Assembly: GCA_016839515.1 (NCBI GenBank)
Contig: JAEOUE010000054.1
Location: 1-56,250, forward strand
DNA: 56,250 nt
Source of the DNA: Candidatus Hodarchaeum mangrovi
GTDB taxonomy: Archaea; Asgardarchaeota; Heimdallarchaeia; Hodarchaeales; Hodarchaeaceae
Direction of reading: 5' to 3'
Part shown: positions 20,125 to 30,213 of the stretch, one piece after another
Position numbering within the stretch: the first letter of the stretch is position 1
Layout: each line of letters opens with the position of its first letter
Made by a program: the position numbers and the translations under genes
Notes under the pieces: model-generated
Database searches by the model: none
What the model saw: the letters and a program-made list of their open reading frames with translations, nothing else
Told to the model about the DNA's origin: nothing

Positions 20125-21321
20125 ATGAAAAAAAAGGCCAATTCTTTAAAAACAGTCCAATATGCCAATAGAATTCACGATATACGACCTTCAGGATTAA
20201 GAAAATTGTTTGATTTAGAGTACGAATTATCAAAATCATCTGATCTCAAAATTTTATCTTTTGGGTTAGGTAATTTAAACATTCCAGTTATGCCAGAAAT
20301 TATTGAACAACTCAAGAAGGAATTGAATGACCCAAAAAGTCATAGCTATACCTCAAATGCTGGTCTTCTTGAATTAAGAATGGCAATTGTTGAAAAATAT
20401 CGTTCTCAATATCAAATCGATTATAATCCTGAACAAGTTTTAGTCACCTCAGGATGTCTAGAAGCTCTTTTTGACACGTTTCTTGCCCTTGTAAATCCCA
20501 ATGATGAGATTTTGATTCCAGATCCTGCTTTTGGATATTATCGTAATCAAGTTCAAGCCTGTGGTGGAAAAGTTATTTCTCTCCCTCTAAATGAGCATTT
20601 TGAGCTTGATTGTGAAACAATAAATGAAGCTATTACGAGTAAAACAAAGATTTTACTACTTAATTTTCCATGCAATCCTACAGGAAGTGTAATGTCGAGA
20701 CAGAAGATGAAGAATGTTATAGAAACTGCAAATGATGCAGGAGTTTTAATAATCGCTGATGATGCCTATGAAGGACTTACTTATGAAAATCATAGACATG
20801 TGTGTGCAGCAGAATTTGATCAAGAAAATGTTTTAATTCTTTCTTCATTTTCCAAAACTTATTGCATGACTGGTTTTCGTATTGGTTATGCTATTGGTTC
20901 TTTAAATTATATCAAACCTATTAGTCTAGTCCATCAGTTAAATACAGCTTGTGCAAGCACACCAAGTCAAATTGCTGCAAAAATTGCTCTTCAATCCCCT
21001 CCTTCAATTAGAAATGTCATGCTTAAGGAACTCGCAAATAGAAGAATTGAAGTAATAAAAGCTTTCACCTCAATTGATGGTATTACTCTGAACTATAATC
21101 CTCTTGGGGCATTTTACATATATCCAGAAATTTCAGGAACTGGAATGACTGGGAATCAATTTTCTGAATATATTTTAAATCAAGCCAAAATTATTGTTGT
21201 ACCGGGCAATGAATTCGGAGATATCACAACAAATAATATTAGAGTCTCCTTTGGGTACCTATCAGTTCCTGAGATTATAGAAGCAGGGTTTCGTCTTAAA
21301 AACTGTTTAGAAAACGTTTGA
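20125..21321 (+). CDS. PLP-dependent aminotransferase class I/II
   Basis: NFPCNPTG, DDAY, SFSKTYCMTGFRIG. Confidence 0.93.
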   Translation: MKKKANSLKTVQYANRIHDIRPSGLRKLFDLEYELSKSSDLKILSFGLGNLNIPVMPEIIEQLKKELNDPKSHSYTSNAGLLELRMAIVEKYRSQYQIDYNPEQVLVTSGCLEALFDTFLALVNPNDEILIPDPAFGYYRNQVQACGGKVISLPLNEHFELDCETINEAITSKTKILLLNFPCNPTGSVMSRQKMKNVIETANDAGVLIIADDAYEGLTYENHRHVCAAEFDQENVLILSSFSKTYCMTGFRIGYAIGSLNYIKPISLVHQLNTACASTPSQIAAKIALQSPPSIRNVMLKELANRRIEVIKAFTSIDGITLNYNPLGAFYIYPEISGTGMTGNQFSEYILNQAKIIVVPGNEFGDITTNNIRVSFGYLSVPEIIEAGFRLKNCLENV

Positions 21322-21330
21322 GGTTATTCT

Positions 21331-22716
21331 ATGACTGATTTCTGTAAACGGTTACCACCCCCACCATTCAAAATTAAAGTAATTGAACCTATTAAAATGA
21401 TAACAAGACAAGAACGAAAAATGATCCTAGAGAACGCTTCTTACAATATTTTTAATATTCCAGCTGAAAAGGTCTTTATTGATTTGTTAACAGATTCTGG
21501 GACCTCTGCAATGTCCGATTATCAATGGGCTGGCATTATGTTAGGAGATGAAGCATATGCTCAATGTAAAAATTTTTTCAACCTAGAAAAGATTGTCCAA
21601 GAGATTACAGGTTATAAATATGTTATACCCACACATCAAGGAAGAGCTGCAGAAAATCTAATTTGTTATGCCTTGGATTTAAATGAAACAAAAATGGTGA
21701 TCTCAAACCAATTTTTTGATACAACACTTGCTAATATTGAAACATCAGGTGCTAAAACTCGCGAATTAGTAATTTCAGAAGCTTTTAACACATCTATTAA
21801 TTTAGATTTTAAAGGAAATATGAATATTCAGCTTTTGGAGAATATAATTCGAAAAAACAATAATGTTGCTATGATTTTATTGACTATAACAAACAATACT
21901 GGGGGAGGACAACCTGTTTCGATGCACAATATATCTGAAGTCTCAAAAATCGCTAAAAAACATAAAATTCCTTTTTTCTTTGATGCTGCCCGTTTTGCTG
22001 AAAATTCATATTTTATTAAATTACGTGAAAAGAACTACGAAAATTTTAAACCACGAGAAATTGCCAAAAAAATGTTTTCCTACGCAGACGGCTGTTTAAT
22101 GAGTGCGAAAAAAGATGGTTTGGTTAATATTGGAGGATTTATCGGATTAAATAATGAGGAATTAGCTCGTAAAATCAAGGAACGTATGGTAGTTGTAGAA
22201 GGCTTTCCAACCTATGGAGGACTAGCGGGGCGAGATTTAGAAGCTCTAGCGAGAGGATTATTAGAAGTTCTAGAGGAAGATTATCTAAGCTACCGCTATC
22301 AGCAACTTCAATACTTAGGAAAAGGATTGGAACATAAAAATGTCCCCATATTAATACCAATTGGAGGTCATTCAGTTAATATCGATGTCCGTAAGTTTCT
22401 CCCTCATATCCCACAATCTGAATTTCCTGGATGGTCTCTAACCCTTGTACTTTATGAATTGTATGGTATTAGAGCTGTTGAAATAGGTTCAGTAATGTTT
22501 GCTCACAAACAAGAGGATGGAACATGGAGATTTCCTCCCCTAGATTTAGTTCGTCTAGCACTTCCACGTCGGGTCTATTCTCAGGAACACCTTAATTATA
22601 TTATTGACTCAATTGGAGAACTTTATGAAAATAGGGATAAGATAAAAGGAATTAAAATGATTTATGACCCTGGAATCCTCAGACATTTCACAGCAAAGTT
22701 TCAGCCGATTATATAA
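21331..22716 (+). CDS. tnaA: Tryptophanase
   Basis: DLLTDSGT, HQGRAAE, SAKKD; RAVEIGS and LRHFTA favour tryptophanase over tyrosine phenol-lyase (RSMERG/LRFFTA). Confidence 0.9.
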   Translation: MTDFCKRLPPPPFKIKVIEPIKMITRQERKMILENASYNIFNIPAEKVFIDLLTDSGTSAMSDYQWAGIMLGDEAYAQCKNFFNLEKIVQEITGYKYVIPTHQGRAAENLICYALDLNETKMVISNQFFDTTLANIETSGAKTRELVISEAFNTSINLDFKGNMNIQLLENIIRKNNNVAMILLTITNNTGGGQPVSMHNISEVSKIAKKHKIPFFFDAARFAENSYFIKLREKNYENFKPREIAKKMFSYADGCLMSAKKDGLVNIGGFIGLNNEELARKIKERMVVVEGFPTYGGLAGRDLEALARGLLEVLEEDYLSYRYQQLQYLGKGLEHKNVPILIPIGGHSVNIDVRKFLPHIPQSEFPGWSLTLVLYELYGIRAVEIGSVMFAHKQEDGTWRFPPLDLVRLALPRRVYSQEHLNYIIDSIGELYENRDKIKGIKMIYDPGILRHFTAKFQPII

Positions 22717-22723
22717 GAAGAAA

Positions 22724-22796
22724 GGGAAAAAAGATTAATTTTCCCAAAGTATGTATTTTTCCACTTCCCCAAAAGATTAAGACAAGTATTTTTGGG
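22724..22796. terminator. Two stem-loops between convergent genes
   Basis: GGGAAAA..TTTTCCC (22724-22745) and CCCAAAA..TTTTGGG (22768-22796). Confidence 0.35.
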
Positions 22797-22799
22797 TAG

Positions 22800-23012
22800 C
22801 TATGCAATCAATCTTCGGGAAATAAAATCAGATAATCTTTTATCTCGGGGTATTCTGGTGACAAAAGCGTCCATACCACATTCATTACACTTCATACGAA
22901 GAGTTCCATGATTAACAATTGTGGAGATTGTATGAGTATGACAGAATGGACACGAAAGTTCCATATCAGCCCGATGATGAAGATCAACATTCTCTTCAAT
23001 TTCAATGGTCAC
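22800..23012 (-). CDS. Small zinc-ribbon protein (possibly Elf1-like)
   Basis: CPFC...CNEC; GGAGGT SD precedes a GTG at 23012 (70 aa), preferred over the ORF-track start at 23093. Confidence 0.65.
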   Translation of the reverse strand: MTIEIEENVDLHHRADMELSCPFCHTHTISTIVNHGTLRMKCNECGMDAFVTRIPRDKRLSDFISRRLIA

Positions 23013-24082
23013 TTTATTTAACCTCCTGTATTTTTTATATCTCGAAAACTTCCCAAAAAGGGCTTGTTTTCTGATACAGATTTTCTGTATCACACCGATT
23101 CTAAATCGGGGAATAATATGACAAGATACTAAAAATTAGTATCTCCTCATGCTGGATTTGTATCTTTCATCTATCTCTATAAAAATGTTGCGTTATGTAA
23201 TGTAACAAATTAATTTATTACAATAAAATAAATCCCTTGAATTTCCTTATTAAAAATTTAAAAGTTTTAAAAAAGATAATATGATCTAATTCTGAATGAA
23301 AAGCCAAATAGATAAATTTACGGAATTCAAATATAGAATAATGTTATTATAAGGAATTAAAGCTAAGTTAATCCTTATTTAAATTGTTAAAATATAATAA
23401 AGCATATAAAATTATTTTTATCGACGATTTTATAAGAAAGAGATTATAAATTGGTTATTTCTGGTTAATTCCTCCCCAAGTTTTACCTAATTTATAATAC
23501 TCATTATAAACAGTAATTTAAGGGAGTTTAATTCCATATTTATAGAATTTGTAACTTATTAATATATTAATTTTAATTTAAACCATAAAAATTCAATTTA
23601 AAAGAAAACTGTCTCCTTTTTTAACATACACTTTTGTAAGAATCAATTTAATTTGTTTTTAGTTAAAGCATACTTTAGTAAATTATTACACATTTTATAA
23701 TCTAGATGTAATCATAAATTCTTTTCTATCCATCTTGAATACCAAAAGGCATCGTAACACTTTTTTCTGTAAAATATATTGATTAAGGTAAATTAAAATT
23801 TACTTATTCAGAAAATTTTAAGCTATTTTAAATATAATAATATAATATTGAATGAAATTTTAATTACTCCTTGAATTTGTTAAATTTTGTTAACTATCCG
23901 TATTATTTCTCTTAATTAATCCCTTAAATTCTAGATTTAATTACAAGTTTAATTGAATTTTATACTAAGAATTAATTTGTAAAAAGAAATGCATTTGAAA
24001 AGTTAAAAAAAATTAATAATTTAAGAAAATATAAAGGGAAAATCAAGAAAATATTTATATAAGATTCGGAAGTATTTCTATT

Positions 24083-25255
24083 TTGGTATTCCTTCGAAAA
24101 TTATTTTTTAAATACGGATTAATTGGACCAGATTTAGATTTAGAAGAAAATGTCCTTATATCAATCGATCAAGAAGGAAAAATTAAAGAAATTAATACTA
24201 AGGTTCATTTAGCTATCACAGATAATATCCCTTATTACAATTCTCATTTATTAGTTCCAAAATTTATTAATACTCATACTCATGTAGGAGATGCTATTTT
24301 AAAGGATTTAGCATATAATAAAACTCTTGATGAAGCAGTAGGGGAGAATGGATTAAAATTTGACGTAACAAACATTCCTAAATTAGATCGTGTAAGAGCT
24401 ATGAGATTCGCATTACTCGAGATGATCGATTGTGGAATTTCTACTTGTTTTGATTTCAGAGAAAATGGATTACAAGGAATACTTGAATTATTAGAAGCTT
24501 CAAGGGATCTACCTATAAATGTTCACATTTTAGGTCGTCCTCAAAATTCTAACAAACTTGAAGAATTAGTTCCTTATATCAAGGGATTAGGATTATCCAC
24601 TCCTATCTATTATAACAAAGAAGAAATTCAATCATTTAAATTATTTGTTGATAATAAGAATCTATGGCTTGGAACTCATATAGCAGAGAACAACGATGTA
24701 GTACTGAATGCAATTAATAAATTCGGAATCTCGGATCTTCAGCTAGCGTTAAAATATCTTAAACCGAATTTTCTTGTTCATCTTACTTCTTTAAATCATG
24801 AGGAATTGCATTCCATCCCTCCTGATATTTTTCTTATATTCTGCCCCCGTTCTAATGCCTATTTCAGCCTTGGTTTTCCCCCTGTTGGCTATTTTCTCTC
24901 GAATTCAGAATATAAAATAGGATTAGGAACTGATAATGTAATGGTAACACCTCCAAATATATTAGAAGAGTTACGGTGGACACTTTATAGGTTAAAGGAA
25001 GATAATATTCATCCTTCTCCATCTCAGGCATTAAAAATGATAACTACTAATCCCTCTAGTTTTTTCTCATTGAATACAGGAATAATTCAGGTAGGAGCTT
25101 GGGCAGATTTATTAGCGGTAAATCTTCAAAATCCAAGAACAGAATATGCTAGGGATCCTAGTTATTCTCTCCTTTTTCACAGTAATATACCTCAAGATAT
25201 TGACTTAGATCTATTCCATGGAGAAGTTATTGTACATGAAAAACTCAAAATGTAG
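24083..25255 (+). CDS. Metal-dependent amidohydrolase/deaminase
   Basis: NTHTHVGD, DFRE.G, HIAE, LVH, CPRSN, GLGTDN, G..ADL. Confidence 0.9.
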   Translation: MVFLRKLFFKYGLIGPDLDLEENVLISIDQEGKIKEINTKVHLAITDNIPYYNSHLLVPKFINTHTHVGDAILKDLAYNKTLDEAVGENGLKFDVTNIPKLDRVRAMRFALLEMIDCGISTCFDFRENGLQGILELLEASRDLPINVHILGRPQNSNKLEELVPYIKGLGLSTPIYYNKEEIQSFKLFVDNKNLWLGTHIAENNDVVLNAINKFGISDLQLALKYLKPNFLVHLTSLNHEELHSIPPDIFLIFCPRSNAYFSLGFPPVGYFLSNSEYKIGLGTDNVMVTPPNILEELRWTLYRLKEDNIHPSPSQALKMITTNPSSFFSLNTGIIQVGAWADLLAVNLQNPRTEYARDPSYSLLFHSNIPQDIDLDLFHGEVIVHEKLKM

Positions 25256-25952
25256 AATTAATCGACCATATGTTATTCTCTCGGCAGCAATGAGTTTGAA
25301 TGGTTATATTAGCTCGCTAGATGGAGATTCAGAGCTATCAAATAACCAAGATTGGCAACGAGTTCATAATTTACGTATGAATTCAGATGCAATCATGGTA
25401 GGGAGTGAAACAATAAAAAAAGATGATTCAAAGCTTACCGTTAAAGAGGAATATGTAAAAAAATCAGTTTTACGTCATCCAATCAGAATTGTGGTTAGTT
25501 CAAGAGGAGATATTCCTGTTAATTCACGCATAATTACTTTTCGACCTGAAATAAAGACAATTATTGGCACAACATCATTATGTTTAAAACAGAAACAACA
25601 AGAATTAGAAAATTTAGGATGTGTGGTCATTTTATGTGGAGATGGCCCTTTAGTTGATCTTGAAATGTTGTTAAAAGTATTAAAAAAAGATTTTAAGATT
25701 AATGTGTTGATGCTTGAGGGAGGTGGAACCTTGAACGTCCAAATGCTCAAATTACAGTTTATAGATGAGATTCAGCTTGCAATAGCACCAGTAATTTGTG
25801 GATCAGGAACGAATTTATTCAATGATAAGTATCTATTTCGTAATTTTAAAGATTCTCCTCTTTTCTGTTTTAAGGAAGTTAACAGCTTAGGAGATATGAT
25901 TTTTACTCGTATCGTTCTTCAATATTCTCCAAGAATCTATTCCAATGTTTAG
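25218..25952 (+). CDS. RibD-C family pyrimidine nucleotide reductase (archaeal ArfC/Rib7-like)
   Basis: AAMSLNG, VH.LR...DAIMVG..T...DD.KL, LMLEGG, APVICG; probable start is the ATG at 25236. Confidence 0.88.
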   Translation: MEKLLYMKNSKCRINRPYVILSAAMSLNGYISSLDGDSELSNNQDWQRVHNLRMNSDAIMVGSETIKKDDSKLTVKEEYVKKSVLRHPIRIVVSSRGDIPVNSRIITFRPEIKTIIGTTSLCLKQKQQELENLGCVVILCGDGPLVDLEMLLKVLKKDFKINVLMLEGGGTLNVQMLKLQFIDEIQLAIAPVICGSGTNLFNDKYLFRNFKDSPLFCFKEVNSLGDMIFTRIVLQYSPRIYSNV

Positions 25953-26866
25953 ATAAAGAAACCACTAAGTAATATAGGTACCATAAAGGAAATTACAGTA
26001 TAAATGATTATGATTACCATTGAATTTGATCCCAGAGAATCTAATTGCCTTATACTAAGGTAAATTAAGAGGATTCCATATAAAAAGATAATTAAATTCA
26101 AAATAGAAAGAAACAATTGAAATATTTCGGAAGAGGGAGTAGCTAATAAATTTTGTAATTCAGATTGACTCGCGATAGTAGCAGTTTTCGGAGATATAAA
26201 AATTAAGTTGTGTAATATATTGATTAGTTCTTCAAAGATTCCAGGAAGAGAAGCCCATCCAATAACTGTTAAATTGACACGATAACTCCTCAATTCGGGT
26301 GAAACTTGTGTTGCAAAAAGCGAGTGTAATATCCAAAGTATTAAAGCGTTTATTACCCAATTTACGATTAATCCTAATGGAACAAATAAAGCAGATATAT
26401 ATATTGAAATTTGAATGATCGAAGTCAATTCAGCGTCACTAATTTGGCCTCTAGGTAATCCTAAACTGTTAATATAATCCTCAGTAAAAGTTAAGGAAAG
26501 TTTGGAGAAAAAAATTAGTAGTCCAATTCCCGATAATATTCCCACAATTAAAATCATTATCAATGGTTGTTTTACATTAGGTCGTTGGATGATACGTGCC
26601 ATTTCTTCTTTAGGCGAAAAAAGTACTCCACGAAAGTGAGTAAAAAAAGGTAACGGTGGTTCAAACCTCTGGGATTGAATCCGATATCCTGGTTGGTATT
26701 GCAAAGGAGGACTTGGTTTTTGCATAATAAAAGGTTTGGTTAGATTACTAGTAACAGCTTGTCCGCAATTCCCACAAAAAGTGGCATTTTCTATTAATTT
26801 TGATCCACAATTCCCACAAAATTGTGGTTTTTCTGGATCAGTTATTCCTGAATTCATTAAGATCAA
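25949..26866 (-). CDS. Zinc-ribbon plus Yip1-domain membrane protein
   Basis: FCGNCG twice at the N-terminus; VLFSP.E then about 5 TM helices with GWASLP. Confidence 0.8.
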   Translation of the reverse strand: MILMNSGITDPEKPQFCGNCGSKLIENATFCGNCGQAVTSNLTKPFIMQKPSPPLQYQPGYRIQSQRFEPPLPFFTHFRGVLFSPKEEMARIIQRPNVKQPLIMILIVGILSGIGLLIFFSKLSLTFTEDYINSLGLPRGQISDAELTSIIQISIYISALFVPLGLIVNWVINALILWILHSLFATQVSPELRSYRVNLTVIGWASLPGIFEELINILHNLIFISPKTATIASQSELQNLLATPSSEIFQLFLSILNLIIFLYGILLIYLSIRQLDSLGSNSMVIIIIYTVISFMVPILLSGFFI

Positions 26867-27034
26867 CTTAAGAGTAATTTAATTTTAGTTTTCTGCAATA
26901 TAAAGAATTATGATTAGCTATAAAAGAATTATTTCCTAAATTAGAATAAGATAGAAAAACGATTAGAATCAAAAAAAAAACTCAAATGGATGGCAATCAA
27001 AGGAATAATTCATTGATCTGATTTTAATAATTGA

Positions 27035-27352
27035 TTAAGCTAATCTTTCTTTTAAAACAACTATTGTAAACCCAGCTGTTTCATCAGGAGTGATAATAAT
27101 CTCTGATCGTGGCATTTCTACATAAACACTTTGTAATTTCCCATGATCCAAGGCATCTGAAACACTTCGAACCTTTTTTATTAGTGCAGCGACATGTGCA
27201 CTAACCCTTTCAGCATCTGACTGTGGTAGATTACTTTGGAGTGGTAAACCATCTTCATCGCAGACTAAAATTCCTTTTACTCCCCTTCTTGCTGCTAGTC
27301 TTTTAATTGTATTTTGTAGAACTGAGGGAATAACATACTCATCTTCAACCAA
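27035..27352 (-). CDS. Roadblock/LC7 protein (dynein-light-chain roadblock-like)
   Basis: TIKRL...GVKGILVCDEDGLPLQS...EIIITPD; TTG start with GGTGA. Confidence 0.9.
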   Translation of the reverse strand: MVEDEYVIPSVLQNTIKRLAARRGVKGILVCDEDGLPLQSNLPQSDAERVSAHVAALIKKVRSVSDALDHGKLQSVYVEMPRSEIIITPDETAGFTIVVLKERLA

Positions 27353-27365
27353 GTAAAATCACCAA

Positions 27366-27713
27366 CTACCTATCTGAAGAGAGAGTCATAGTACTGCTCT
27401 CTCGCTTAACTAATGCAACTATAATAATTTCTGAATCATAATCAGGTATAATCTCAACATCTCCAACTTCTAATTCAAGTCTTATTGATCTAGCGATTTC
27501 ACGTGAGATTTCTTGTGATATTGCTCTAACTTTTCCTACTAATGAAGCTACATGAGCTGCTACACGCTCAGTATCTTCAGAAGGAAGACTTGATTGAAGA
27601 GGTAAACCGTCAGTATCTGTTAGCACTGCTCCATAAACACCTTTATGCTTTCCTACCGATTCTATAACCTTTTCTAACGCTTGATGGGATAGATATCCTG
27701 CTCCTTGGGACAT
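27366..27713 (-). CDS. Roadblock/LC7 protein, paralog of the adjacent gene
   Basis: HKGVYGAVLTDTDGLPLQS..ERVAAHVA; ATG at 27713 preferred over 27782. Confidence 0.9.
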   Translation of the reverse strand: MSQGAGYLSHQALEKVIESVGKHKGVYGAVLTDTDGLPLQSSLPSEDTERVAAHVASLVGKVRAISQEISREIARSIRLELEVGDVEIIPDYDSEIIIVALVKRESSTMTLSSDR

Positions 27714-28176
27714 TATATTTTCGACTCTTTTTTCATGAATTTTTATTTGTTTTAATAGTTTAAAATATCGTTGGAACCACATTCAATTAATAATAGGGTT
27801 CTAAACGCAACCTACTAAAGTTATATTATGTTTTAGTCTATAAATGACTTTCTAATACGATTTTTTAAAAGATTCCTATCTTTTAATATATATAAGTCTT
27901 TTCAATCTTATTTAATAAATGAAACTTTGAAATAATAGCTTATTTTAATAAATAAATGAGTTTTTATAAGAATTCTTTAAGCGAATAACAAGTATAAAGA
28001 CCTAGTTACTAATCAATAGCCTTTATAGGAGATATTAAAGGTTGATATCTTTTAGTGGAAACAATAGAACTTGAATTCATGACAAAATATCAATATTGCT
28101 AAGACTGTATCAATAAATGCTTTTCTTCAACAAAGTTTTATTAGATTATCGAAAATCTTCTCTAGTTCCACATTGA

Positions 28177-28187
28177 GAAACCTTATA
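28177..28187 (+). promoter_or_regulatory. BRE/TATA promoter
   Basis: GAAACCTTATA upstream of the HTH gene; similar motifs at 44858 and 47908. Confidence 0.5.
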
Positions 28188-28231
28188 TTCATTATCCTAT
28201 TAGGTCTGGTTAGTAGTGTAAAAAGGAGCCA

Positions 28232-28657
28232 TTGGAAGTGGGCTCAGAAAAAGAAAGAAACCAACTTTCATCAACTGATAAAATTGATTTGATTTTAGAA
28301 ACAGTCATTTCTCTTAAAAAAGATGTAGATATGCTTGATAGTCGGATCTCAAGAATTGAAAACAATTTTAATCTTCCTAAGCTGGATAGTAATGAAGAAG
28401 AATCCAAAAGATCTGCTAATGTAATATTTCGTAGCTTTGAGGAGTTGGACGATCATCTTAAGAGAACATATCAAGTTATTGCTGATGAAAATAAACCTAT
28501 GACCGCCTCAGAAGTAGCAGAAAGAATGGGGCGTAGTCGAAGTACAACTAGCTATCATCTGAACCAATTAGAAAAGCTTAACTTTTTGGAGAAAGTACCA
28601 GCACCTGAAGGAAAAGCACGTCACGTTTTTTTCCAAGCAAAATTTGAAGATATATAA
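28232..28657 (+). CDS. Coiled-coil plus ArsR/TrmB-like winged-HTH regulator
   Basis: N-terminal heptads; PMTASEVAERMGRSRSTTSYHLNQLEKL. Confidence 0.85.
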   Translation: MEVGSEKERNQLSSTDKIDLILETVISLKKDVDMLDSRISRIENNFNLPKLDSNEEESKRSANVIFRSFEELDDHLKRTYQVIADENKPMTASEVAERMGRSRSTTSYHLNQLEKLNFLEKVPAPEGKARHVFFQAKFEDI

Positions 28658-28683
28658 TGTAAAAGAAAAAATTGGGAAGGGCT

Positions 28684-29232
28684 TTATTTTTTAGTATACT
28701 CCAAAATTTGCTTTCCAAGTTCGTTGAATGCTTCTTCAACGCCAGTTCCAGACTTTGCACTTGTTTCTAGGAATTTTATTCCTAGTTTAGTTGCAAGAGA
28801 TTTACCTTCTTCAGTAGAGACAGCTTCTGCTCCTTCCTCACGAAGGTCAATTTTATTAGCAAGCAAAACCACTGGTACCTTTTGATCGCGTCCCGAATGG
28901 GACCACATGTCATTTAACCATTTCTCAATATTTTGAAAGGTTAGTCTACGAGTGACATCATAAACTAACACTCCACCAAATATTTTAGTGTAGTAAGCTT
29001 TAACAACATCTTTGAAGACAGGTTGACCAGCTAAATCCCATATTTGCCAACGAATGTGGGTATTTTTAATTTCAGTATCATAAAGCGCAAAGTCAGCACC
29101 CATAGTACTCATATAATCTGTACTGAATCCTTCACCTAAGTACCTTTTCCGGAGGGAAGTTTTACCAACTGCACCATCTCCAATTAAAACAATTTTCCAT
29201 AATCGTCGATCTTCACTCATTTTCTTCACCAA
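28684..29232 (-). CDS. Rab-like small GTPase
   Basis: GDGAVGKT, YMSTMGADF, WDLAGQ, NKID, ETSAK; no C-terminal Cys; probable start is the ATG at 29220. Confidence 0.93.
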   Translation of the reverse strand: MVKKMSEDRRLWKIVLIGDGAVGKTSLRKRYLGEGFSTDYMSTMGADFALYDTEIKNTHIRWQIWDLAGQPVFKDVVKAYYTKIFGGVLVYDVTRRLTFQNIEKWLNDMWSHSGRDQKVPVVLLANKIDLREEGAEAVSTEEGKSLATKLGIKFLETSAKSGTGVEEAFNELGKQILEYTKK

Positions 29233-29239
29233 TTTAAAT

Positions 29240-29974
29240 TTATTTAGGTAATTTTAGAGAAATTAATGTGTCTTTTACCCAATTTGTAAAAGTAACAGTT
29301 TTATTTAGGATTTTATCCACTTGAATCTTATAATCATTTGCTGCAGCTTCAGTTGGAATAATTAAGAAAGCATCTTTGTTTTCAATCGGTTGCAATCGAA
29401 CCATTGGTTTTTCTAATTTTGAAGCGTCATCTGCGGCTGCTAATTCTAATTCTAAAAGAAATAGGAATTCCTGTGCTTTAATGTCATTAAAACCATATTT
29501 AACCATATTGTCATTCGGTTTTAGGTCAAGGAGAATTCGACTCCATTCAGATATCCAATATTCATCTGTGAACCAATGTTCTAAATACTCTCCTGTACGA
29601 GCTCTAATTTCACTTAGTACGACCATATATCGAATCATACCCTCACGAACCCGTTTCATGAGCTTTAACCCAGGAACATCATATAATTCATTGAATTTTG
29701 CTCTTTCTTCGCTCAAAATGACCATTATTTTTACAATTTCCTCAAGTTCTTTATCAGTGGCTATGGGAACATATTTTGAGACTTTTTCAAGCCATTTAAT
29801 AGTGGAATTCACCTCTTCTGAAGATGCCTCTTTACCCCTGATAAGGGCTAGTGTCCGTTGAACTAACCCTTTATTCCTTATTAATTCCATTCTATCTTTC
29901 TTAGGATCCATTCTACGACGTTGTAACATTTCTTCAACTTTTATTGTTGCATACATATCATGTTGGCGTTCCAA
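29240..29974 (-). CDS. Hypothetical helical protein immediately upstream of the Rab-like GTPase
   Basis: 244-aa ORF with TTG start and GGAGTGA SD; 7 bp from the GTPase ORF. Confidence 0.75.
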   Translation of the reverse strand: MERQHDMYATIKVEEMLQRRRMDPKKDRMELIRNKGLVQRTLALIRGKEASSEEVNSTIKWLEKVSKYVPIATDKELEEIVKIMVILSEERAKFNELYDVPGLKLMKRVREGMIRYMVVLSEIRARTGEYLEHWFTDEYWISEWSRILLDLKPNDNMVKYGFNDIKAQEFLFLLELELAAADDASKLEKPMVRLQPIENKDAFLIIPTEAAANDYKIQVDKILNKTVTFTNWVKDTLISLKLPK

Positions 29975-30213
29975 ATTAATTCACTCCAGTAAATACAAGT
30001 TATAAAACATAATCCGAGAATTTTCTGATAATTTTATCTAAATCAGTATATTTAAATTACTTATTCATTTTAAAACAAATAAACATATATATTATTTGAT
30101 ATCGACGTAATGTGTTCTACAAATTTCGGTTCTTATGTTTTTTGTGCAAAAAAAGAGAATTCTTCTAATCATGAATATAAAATTGAAATTCTGAACTAAC
30201 CACAATTCTCATA

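Noticed and set aside
23210-24082. CRISPR array or canonical ORB origin in the AT-rich gap
   Set aside because: No regularly spaced repeats, no ORB/G-string motif and no cdc6 gene
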